Positions 53,551 to 64,000 of a stretch of 64,000 bases of DNA are shown one piece after another. Position 1 is the first letter of the stretch. The number at the start of each line of letters is the position of its first letter. The DNA comes from Chrysomallon squamiferum. Its lineage: Eukaryota; Animalia; Mollusca. Below the pieces are notes generated by a model. It was not told where the DNA came from, ran no database searches, and saw only the letters and a program-made list of their open reading frames with translations. The stretch lies in assembly GCA_012295275.1 (NCBI GenBank), contig CM022671.1, positions 12,772,001 through 12,836,000 of the forward strand, read 5' to 3'. Position numbers and translations under genes: made by a program.

Positions 53551-56500
53551 TCATGACTTTGCCTTCTGAAAAAATGTCTGGAAAACAAATAAAAGAAGCT
53601 TAATAAAAACAGGGAATATAATAAACAATAATGATATAAAATAATAATAAAAAAAAAAAAAAAAAATGTTGAATAAATCTTTGATTACTTGAACAGATGC
53701 AGATGCAAACATTTTGAGCTGTATTTATATAAAACACATTTCATAAATATGACCTATAACTGTACAAACATTCTTGGAATAGTAAATAAATGGAATCCTA
53801 AATAAATTTAACATTTGTAGCCATAGCAAATTAAACAATTTTACAACTGAAACCACTATGACAGTTAGCATATGATGCAGAAAACAGTTTTATAAATGGA
53901 TATCTTCTTTGTTACCAGATAAAAAAATAAAAATAAAAAAAAACAACTGATTACTGAGTGATGGTAACAAATTCACTAAGTGAATTTAAAGGAAATTTAT
54001 TCAGTAAGATTACTTAAAGAACACAAATAATGATTGTTGCCACCATTTCAAAACAAACAAAAAAAATAAATAAATGAAAAGACAAACATTTACAAAGGAG
54101 TCTTTAACTTTTTTTTTTAATTGTTCTTTAATATTAACTAATCATTAGTATCTTTGGTAGTTTTTATAATTTTCTGATACACTTAAAGAAACAAACAATA
54201 CCTTTCAACTTACATACTAAAGTAAGGTATCTTTTCATAAAATGTTAAACAATAGTTCTAAAAAATGTATTTATCTACAAATCATGAAAAAAATAATATA
54301 TATAAAAACATTTAATATTATACCTACTTTCATGTAATTTTTAAATGTCTTCTGGTCAGCCTTCATGACATGACAAAATTCCTGAAACAAGCATTTGAAA
54401 AAGGCAACAGCTTTCATTAAGCGAATTTATTTAATTGTATATATGTCAATATTATTAAAACAAATTTGTTTTTATGTTGTTTATTAAAATACATAATGGA
54501 ATTAAAATTATAAATAAGCAAACGAATATCTTTAACTGAAAATAAGAATCATATGTTTTTCTTACATTTAGATTCCTTCAAAAAACAAATTACTGATAAA
54601 AACACTCACCTGTACAAGCTGTGGAGGAAAATTTAATGTGGGCAGATATTCACACTGTAAAAATGCTATAACTTCATCACCCTAAAACAAACAAAATTAT
54701 CTAATATAACTACACATTTTCATACATTGAACACTGTTTAATATTTCATAATCCATTTTAAATTTATTTTAACAGACGTCTAAAACAAAACATACCCGTT
54801 TGTCAAGAATGGTTTTTAAGCACATAGCACTTTCAGCTAGAACCTGAAATTCAAAGAGATATTACTTAATATTATTTCATTTTAGGTTTTCATGGTATGT
54901 ATTTCTTTACAAGATAGTGGGTAAAAAAGAAATAAAATGGTTTTTGATATAAGAAGAAAACAAACAGTGAACTTAAAAATGACAAATAAAAAATATTAAT
55001 AAATTCAATTTACTGAAATAGGCTTTCTTAAATTTAACAACTGAATGAAGTACCTCAAGATATGATACTAAAAAATTGTAATTAATTATTATTTTTGTCA
55101 GTTAACACAACAAAATAAAAAAAATATTCTGATGAAAAAAATCTAAGTAAAAGTAAGTTTTTCAAGTATGTCTGTGATATAAACTTTATAAATCTTACAG
55201 ACTTGTTAACTTACAAGAGTGGTTTGTGCATCTGATAGGTCAAACGTAGGTCTGAGTGGAGCCATGAAACAAGATGGAATTATGTTCTTGTAGATAAAAT
55301 CCAGAAATCCCATAACAATGTCTGTACTACCTAACAAAAAAACAAAAAAAAAAACAGAAAGAAAACTAAATACTAATAAAGAAAGTAGTAAATAAATGAA
55401 CCACTCTGTAATGAGCTACTTCTTTTTATAATCTAATAATTTAAAAACAGAAAAAAAGAAAAGAAAAAAGGATATAAAAAGATATGATTAATAAGAAATT
55501 TCAGTTGGTTTGTAGCCACATTTTCACATAAAGGTCATAAATATAAATTCAAATTAAGAATAACCTTCCTCATGCATGCCATCTTTATTTGTAAGAATTC
55601 AAAAGTAAGATGATAAAGAACATTTTTCTTTAGAATTTATCAAAGAAACACCACACTACACTGTCATGTTCCTCATGGCAAAAATTTTTGTATGGATAAT
55701 TAGAATAAAACAAATCAAAAATTAAAAATGTTTAATGTTTTATTTTACCCCAAGAATCAACCATTCTTCTAAGGATGGTGAAACACAGCTTCTGACTGGC
55801 TGGATCCGGACACTCAACAGCTCCTTGTACTACTGACATCAATACCTGGTTTAAATTCTGAACATCTGAAATATAATGTAACACATACAGTGATAAGTTA
55901 TTATCTGATTCTGTTTTACATTGAACATTACTTTTATTATTTGTTAAATTTCATAAAATAAATCTCATAAATTTTTGAACAGTTAATATTAGCTAAAATA
56001 AAGACTATAAATTACAAAATGCTCTAACTCAGACAACCTAAGTATTAAGTCTAATTCAGAATAATGCATGAATTAATTTTTTTTAATCTGTCCTGACAAG
56101 TAAAGTATTTTTTAATTATATCAAAAATAAACTTACTGATATTCATTCTATTGATAATCAGTTTTTGCTAAGATTCATATTTTCAAAATTAAAAATAAAA
56201 CAACCTGTTTAAATAATATTATTTAATTTGTTGATTCAGGCAACAGTTGTAAACCTTTTACTTAATCCTCTCACAAATTAATAATACCTTGGGCTTTCAA
56301 GACATCAATGGCATCATTTCCTATAATAGTTGACAAAAACTGATAATATCCTCGCTGAAGCAGTTTCTTTTCACTAGCAGCTATCTGATCACGTTCATCT
56401 GTTGGAGCAGCCAAAGTCTGGAAGATGGTGCTAACAAAGGGCATGAATATCTCACTAAGGAAAGGATTTATTGCACTCTGAAACAAAAATTTTGAAATTC

Positions 56501-59500
56501 CTTTTAAAATGATGTTCTGATAAACTAATGCTGACATTTATTCAACATAATAAAATTTAAAAAAATGGTATTAATCTTGTACTAAATATCAAAGACAATT
56601 AATTTATGTTACCCAAACATTTTTAACAGCAGTTTTTATTTATATCAGACTATATGTATGTGAGAGATACTAAATAATCTTTAAAATCCATCATCAAAAT
56701 AATGCAACAATTATTTGACTATTAATGATTAGATCTTTAAAATGTAAGATTAAAATTAAACCCTTATCCAAAAATAGTTCACACTGAAATAATATATAAT
56801 ATACATTTGTCAGAATTTGTCCAATAAAATTAGCCATCTGAGAAAACATCAGACTCACTGAAATTATTATATTAAATAAAACACATTAACTGCTGATTTA
56901 TAAGCTTTAAATCAAACTGCTTGTTTGTTTCAGACTTCTTGATTAATTTTAACTTTTAAATTAAAATATATATCACCTTGAATTTCATTGTCAGTTGGTT
57001 CAACAGAGGAATGAAGTCATACAATTCCTTGACTTCTGGCTGTTTTAGCAGATTCTCAAGAATAATGGGAATAAATGGGAGGATCTCCTTCTCCAGACAC
57101 ACCACCATCCGATGCAGATACTGCCTCACGCCTGTGTGTAGCATCTGACGATGTACTGGGGCATTCAGTGAAAGCAGAAAGATCTTCAACAGTTCTGTGA
57201 AAACCTCGATACAACCACTCTGTTTCATGGTCTGTTGGCTGGAAAAACACTTACTGGCACGACTGTAATATATTGCTTAGTTAATTTCAATTTAGTTCTG
57301 ATTAAAATTAAATTGAAAAAAATGCATTTAGGGAAGATTTCAAAAATTACACAGAATTCATTAAATTAATATTCAGTTTACTAATCCTGCTGTTGCCATG
57401 GCACTGGTAATACAACATGTTCAAGTAAATGATTATTCAGTTTATTAACCTTGCAAGTGACGTACGCTGGTAATACAACATGTTTAAGTAAATGATTATT
57501 CAGTTTACTAACCTTGCTAGTGCCATGCGTGTGTAATACAACATGTTCAAGTAAATGATTATTCAGTTTACTAACCTTGCTAGTGCCATGGCACTGGTAA
57601 TACAACATGTTCAAGTAAATGATTATTCAGTTTACTAACCTTGCTAGTGACCTGGTAATACAACATGTTCAAGTAAATGATTATTCAGTTTACTAACCTT
57701 GCTAGTGCCATGGCACTGGTAATACAACATGTTCAAGTAAATGATTATTCAATTTACTAACCTTGCTAGTGCCATGGCACTGGTAATACAACATGTTTAA
57801 GTAAATGATTATTCAGTTTACTAACCTTGCTAGTGACGTGCGTGTGTAATACAACATGTTCAAGTAAATGATTATTCAGTTTACTAACCTTGCTAGTGCC
57901 ATGGCACTGGTAATACAACATGTTCAAGTAAATGATTATTCAGTTTACTAACCTTGCTACATGGCGCTGGTAATACAACATGTTCAAGTAAATGATTATT
58001 CAGTTTTAACCTTGCTAGTGCCATGGCACTGGTAATACAACATGTTCAAGTAAATGATTATTCAATTTACTAACCTTGCTAGTGCCATGGCACTGGTAAT
58101 ACAACATGTTTAAGTAAATGATTATTGTTTACTAACCTTGCTAGTAAAATGATTATGTTCAGTTAAATGATTATTCAGTTTACTAACCTTGCTAGTGCCA
58201 TGGCACTGGTAATACAACATGTTCAAGTAAATGATTATTCAGTTTACTAACCTTGCTAGTGACGTGCGCTGGTAATACAACATGTTCAAGTAAATGATTA
58301 TTCAGTTTACTAACCTTGCTAGTGCCATGGCACTGGTAATACAACATGTTCAAGTAAATGATTATTCAATTTACTAACCTTGCTAGTGCCATGGCACTGG
58401 TAATATACAACATGTTCAAGTAAATGATTATTCAATTTACTAACCTTGCTAGTGCCATGGCACTGGTAATACAACATGTTTAAGTAAATGATTATTCAGT
58501 TTACTAACCTTGCTAGTAGTGTAATACAACATGTTCAAGTAAATGATTATTCAGTTTACTAACCTTGCTAGTGACGTGCGTTGGTAATACAACATGTTCA
58601 AGTAAATGATTATTCAGTTTTAATTCTAGTGTGTAATACAACATGTTCAAGTAAATGATTATTCAGTTTACTAACCTTGCTAGTGCCATGGCACTGGTAA
58701 TACAACATGTTCAAGTAAATGATTATTCAATTTACTAACCTTGCTAGTGCCATGGCACTGGTAATACAACATGTTTAAGTAAATGATTATTCAGTTTACT
58801 AACCTTGCTAGTGACGTGCGTGTGTAATACAACATGTTCAAGTAAATGATTATTCAGTTTACTAACCTTGCTAGTGCCATGGCACTGGTAATACAACATG
58901 TTCAAGTAAATGATTATTCAGTTTACTAACCTTGCTAGTGCCATGGCACTGGTAATACAACATGTTCAAGTAAATGATTATTCAGTTTACTAAAGTGCCA
59001 TGGCATTACAACATGTTCAAGTAAATGATTATTCAATTTACTAACCTTGCTAGTGCCATGGCACTGGTAATACAACATGTTTAAGTAAATGATTATTCAG
59101 TTTTAACTAACGTGTGTAATACAACATGTTCAAGTAAATGATTATTCAGTTTACTAACCTTGCTAGTGCCATGGCACTGGTAATACAACATGTTCAAGTA
59201 AATGATTATTCAGTTTACTAACCTTGCTAGTGACGTGCGCTGGTAATACAACATGTTCAAGTAAATGATTATTCAGTTTACTAACCTTGCTAGTGCCATG
59301 GCACTGGTAATACAACATGTTCAAGTAAATGATTATTCAATTTACTAACCTTGCTAGTGCCATGGCACTGGTAATACAACATGTTCAAGTAAATGATTAT
59401 TCAATTTACTAACCTTGCTAGTGCCATGGCACTGGTAATACAACATGTTTAAGTAAATGATTATTCAGTTTACTAACCTTGCTAGTGACGTGCGTGTGTA

Positions 59501-62500
59501 ATACAACATGTTCAAGTAAATGATTATTCAGTTTACTAACCTTGCTAGTGACGTGCGTTGGTAATACAACATGTTCAAGTAAATGATTATTCAGTTTACT
59601 AACCTTTTACGTGTGTAATACAACATGTTCAAGTAAATGATTATTCAGTTTACTAACCTTGCTAGTGCCATGGCACTGGTAATACAACATGTTCAAGTAA
59701 ATGATTATTCAGTTTACTAACCTTGCTAGTGCCATGGCACTGGTAATACAACATGTTTAAGTAAATGATTATTCAGTTTACTAACCTTGCTAGTGACGTG
59801 CGTGTGTAATACAACATGTTCAAGTAAATGATTATTCAGTTTACTAACCTTGCTAGTGACGTGCGTTGGTAATACAACATGTTCAAGTAAATGATTATTC
59901 AGTTTACTAACCTTGCTAGTGACGTGCGTGTGTAATACAACATGTTCAAGTAAATGATTATTCAGTTTACTAACCTTGCTAGTGACATGCGTGTGTAATA
60001 CAACATGTTCAAGTAAATGATTATTCAGTTTACTAATGGCTGGTAATACAACATGTTCAAGTAAATGATTATTCAGTTTACTAACCTTGCTAGTGCCATG
60101 GCACTGGTAATACAACATGTTCAAGTAAATGATTATTCAGTTTTACTAATTATTCGCTGGTAATACAACATGTTCAAGTAAATGATTATTCAGTTTACTA
60201 ACCTTGCTAGTGCCATGGCACTGGTAATACAACATGTTCAAGTAAATGATTATTCAGTTTACTAACCTTGCTAGTGCCATGGCACTGGTAATACAACATG
60301 TTCAAGTAAATGATTATTCAGTTTACTAACCTTGCTAGTGCCATGGCACTGGTAATACAACATGTTCAAGTAAATGATTATTCAGTTTACTAACCTTGCT
60401 AGTGCCATGGCACTGGTAATACAACATGTTCAAGTAAATGATTATTCAGTTTACTAACCTTGCTAGTGACGTGTGCTGGTAATACAACATGTTCAAGTAA
60501 ATGATTATTCAGTTTACTAACCTTGCTAGTGCCATGGCACTGGTAATACAACATGTTCAAGTAAATGATTATTCAGTTTACTAACCTTGCTAGTACGCGG
60601 CGTTGGTAATACAACATGTTCAAGTAAATGATTATTCAGTTTACTAACCTTGCTAGTGCCATGGCACTGGTAATACAACATGTTCAAGTAAATGATTATT
60701 CAGTTTACTAACCTTGGCACTGGTAATACAACATGTTCAAGTAAATGATTATTCAGTTTACTAACCTTGCTAGTGCCATGGCACTGGTAATACAACATGT
60801 TCAAGTAAATGATTATTCAGTTTACTAACCTTGCTAGTGACGTGCGCTGGTAATACAACATGTTCAAGTAAATGATTATTCAGTTTACTAACCTTGCTAG
60901 TGCCATGGCACTGGTAATACAACGTGCATAAGCCAACTGACGTTGTTCGTTTGTCTCTTGGAAGAATTTCCTCAAAAGACCTTCATATTTTGTTGCTATT
61001 GGTGCCAAGAGGTTTTTCATCAGTATTTGCTTTTTCTGAAATAATCACTGAAACATTTAGGATTTAAGAATAAAACATTAAAAAAACTTCATTATGTAAC
61101 TATTAAAATGGTTAATATTACTTTCTTCCCTCAAGAAGATTAAAAAAAAAAAAAAAATATAAAGAGAAAACAAAATGAATAATAATTTCCTGCCAGGGCC
61201 AGAACTTTCTACTAACACGCACAATTTTAATTTAGGTAACCCCAAGATGAATGTTAACTGATTATGAAATGAAATAACAAGTCTGGCTCACTTCAGAAGG
61301 TAGACCACTTGATGTGATTAGAATGCCTGCTGTCTCGTACATGAAGAGTTGATCATCATCAGACAACAGCTGCTGATAGCCATTGTCTGGTGTGTTCAGC
61401 ACTAGCAGTTCCTGCATTTGTTTCAAAATATCTTCCAGATAATTCTGCATATGAGACCTTCATAAAAACAAAAAATAATCATTTGTATCTCAATTCTCAA
61501 CCAATGAGAGATAAAAAAAACCTGTCAGAACACAAAAACAATGACAGAAATCCTGAAAGGATAAAAATTAATCTCTTTTTAAGAAGTTCTGATGGAACTT
61601 TTGATAAAATATTATAGTTATACTTACTTGAGTCCTTTAACAAATCTGGAAAACAGGTAGGCTGTTCGACTTCTAACTTTTGCAGATCTATGTCTGAAAC
61701 CTCGCTCATCAAGAAATGCCATCTAACAAATGACAAATGAATATTTAATTGATTAATTTTTTGGATTAAATATAATCTAATTATATGTACCATTAATTAA
61801 TATAATAATCACATGAAGAGAGAATTTCTTCCTAGAATAAACAACATAAAAGCTAGATCATGAGAATGTAAATGAATGACTGGCCATGATGTAGAAATCA
61901 GCAGTTATCTACAGATCAATGCAGTTTTAAATTCAGTATGGCAATGTTTCTTATCTTTTACAAATGGACTATTCAGAATTGGAGATATGTTAATTGTTAA
62001 AAAGTATATAGTCTAATCTGCTTTCAAAATGAAGATGTTTTAATTTTGCATGACAACAATTTCTCTTGTATTAAAGCAATTTTTCTTGGGTTTTTTCAGT
62101 GACCATCACAAACAGATTTGATTGTATTTGTTTCTGATTTAGTTATTGGGTTTGCTGAAAAGATTGTTGTCTAATGTTAGTGAACTCACCACAACATGAG
62201 GAATATGTTCAGGCTCACAGCTAAAGAACTTGTCGTATCGGACAACAGTTTCAAAAAACTGAAGTTGGATAATCATGTGTCCACTAGAGCTGACTTGACT
62301 TGTGATCAACTAAAAAAATAATAATATATACTCTTATTTATTTAGTTTTTTTTTAAGTTTTTAATTTTTTGTGGACAATTTTTAAAAGTTGTACTTACAA
62401 ATGTATAAAATTAATTTTTTGTGTCAAAATGTTTCTTTGCTTCTTTATCAATATTGCTCTGTTGTAACATGAGGTATAGTGTTTTGAAGTATGTCTGAAA

Positions 62501-64000
62501 TTTTCCAAACATTCTGTTGGATCTATGCAAAAAGAGATGAAAGTTCAGTAAAAAGATGAAAGTTATGCAACTGAGAAAATCAAAGTTAAACTTAGACAAT
62601 ATTATTGCCCAATTGTCTTCTCAGTGTTTCCAAAGCTTGTCTAAGCTGATCTTTTCTATGTCTCAAACCTTTCCAAAAAGTAAAAAGTGTTTTCACTCAT
62701 ACAGTCTGATATTTTATTTCTGTAAATATGTAAGAAATAGCAGTAAAACTAAAGAATAAATATTTGACAAAATAGAACATTTGTCATCTTTGGTGTGGGT
62801 TTTGGAGTTCTTTTTTTGTTTGTTTTTAGTGTTATTAAACAACATATGACCCCTACATATAATTGACTTTGCATTCTACTAACCAGTCGCATCATCTCCT
62901 GTAATGCAGATGTCTTAGCTGGGTTACCACTAAAATGATGTCCATGAGATGCCTACAGTGAAATAGAACAACAACAACAATAACTCATGACAACAGTTGC
63001 TTAACTATGTTATTCTCACATTATTCAGAATGACAAAATACAATAATGACAAAACCATAAAATACAAAAACAAAAAAAATCTATTATATTCTGTTTGACA
63101 TATGTCACTCTTAAAATACATAGATATACTTTCATTTCTGTAATGTTACCTATGAACTCCTCTGTAAGCAAGAAATATAAACATCATTTTGCTTTGTTTT
63201 ATGATAGGTCAAATATAATTCAAATGACTCATTAAGATGTGCACTGAACCATTTTTTTAATGAAAATAAATTTCATTACATTACTTACTGGTACAGCCTC
63301 TCCTAACATGTACATGAGAGTAATGGCCATTTCAACATCTTCTATACTGGCAGATTTCCACTGAGGTAGTATCTGACTAGTAAAATTGTGTACTGTCAGA
63401 AGAATGAGCTCTGAGTCCTGCAACAAAAATGCAAAAACAATATTTTTAAATAAATAATAATTAATAGACACAACAAATAATTCCATAATTCTTAAAACAA
63501 TTTTGAGTAAGTTCAAAAATATAACACTGTATTGAAAGTGTTAAGAAAAAAAGATATTTAAATTTAGTAATTAAATACACTGACCAGTTGGGCTAAATTA
63601 TTGAATATTGTCTTCATCTGTTTGCGATAATCCTGAAACATAGCTTCATCTTCACCCTGAAGTGATATAATTATTTAACAATAAATGTTCAAACAACTTT
63701 TATTAGATTTTTTTAAAATTGAAATCCCTAACTAAGACAAATGGAAAAAGAAATTTAAAAAATGACTTCTCTCAAATTTTTTTCTCATTTTTTTTTCTCA
63801 TTTTTTTTTAAATAAAGCAATCAATTATTTAAAATTTATATTTATTTGAGTAAAAATAATCCTTTTTCCTTACAGATATCATTCAAATGAAAAACAAATG
63901 GGTACATTTTAAAAACTTTGTAAATAAAAAGAGAAATTATTACTGCCAATACCTCCTGCTCAAAATTGTAGGATTCATCATATTTCATTTTCTTCACAAC
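53551..64000 (-). CDS. XPOT: Exportin-T (tRNA exportin), 3' portion; exons >64000-63953, 63656-63585, 63417-63289, 62952-62884, 62309-62190, 61722-61628, 61457-61292, 61035-60893, 57262-56977, 56477-56288, 55865-55749, 55330-55215, 54843-54796, 54681-54610, 54381-54328, 53577-53551
   Basis: Phase-consistent GT-AG exons encoding KMKYDESYNFEQEGEDEAMFQDYRKQ, LYMLGEA-like MYMLGEAVP, FFETVVRYDKFF, AFLDERGFRH...VRSRTAYLFSRFVK, LLSDDDQLFMYETAG, GVRQYLHRMVVCLE, FDLSDAQT and TFFQKAKS*. The gene continues beyond the window end. Confidence 0.95.
57375..60924. repeat. Minisatellite of ~55 copies of a 63-64-bp unit spanning an XPOT exon/intron junction
   Basis: Plus-strand unit CCTTGCTAGTGCCATGGCACTGGTAATACAACATGTTCAAGTAAATGATTATTCAGTTTACTAA, with variants in which GCCATGGCACTG is replaced by GACGTGCGTGT, GACGTGCGCTG or GACGTGCGTTG. 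Confidence 0.98.

Noticed and set aside
57381-60124. ORFs 57381-57614 and 59726-60124 with repeated SKVSKLNNHLLEHVVL
   Set aside because: By-products of runs of 63-bp units. They are broken by every 64-bp unit and are not in a frame reachable from the XPOT exon without a stop.
57375-60924. CRISPR-like appearance (palindromic repeat with a variable segment)
   Set aside because: The variable segments are a few recurring ~11-12-nt variants, not unique spacers. There are no cas genes, the context is a eukaryotic intron, and the unit derives from the XPOT exon/intron junction.

Overview
AT-rich, intron-containing animal genomic DNA, most consistent with a mollusc (probably a gastropod; taxon is inference). 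From left to right: (i) a cluster of small secreted low-complexity genes, comprising a 71-aa His/Tyr/Trp-rich peptide gene (+, 642-1724), a probable decayed paralogue (~4058-4240) and a 133-aa Gly/Tyr/Trp/Arg-rich gene with two CxxC motifs (-, 6419-7989); (ii) an ApaH-like/PrpE-like metallophosphoesterase with an intronless CDS (10794-11609) and a tandem pseudogene copy; (iii) a hAT-like MITE and a full-length but inactivated Ty3/Gypsy (Mag-like) LTR retrotransposon (16112-20915; 5-bp TSD, tRNA-Ser PBS, PPT); (iv) an 8-coding-exon DNase I gene (-) with a Tc1 fossil in an intron; (v) an unidentified 207-aa, 3-coding-exon gene (+); (vi) TMEM43 (-), with an apparent 1-nt frameshift in exon 8 and a pogo/Tigger-like MITE in an intron; (vii) the 3' part of exportin-T (XPOT, -). 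The most striking structure is a ~3.5-kb array of ~55 copies of a 63-64-bp unit in XPOT. The unit spans an exon/intron junction, so the array is a run of tandem copies of a real 5' splice site, and each unit formally begins with GT and ends with AG. All gene models were assembled by eye from splice signals and reading phase; no database searches were run.
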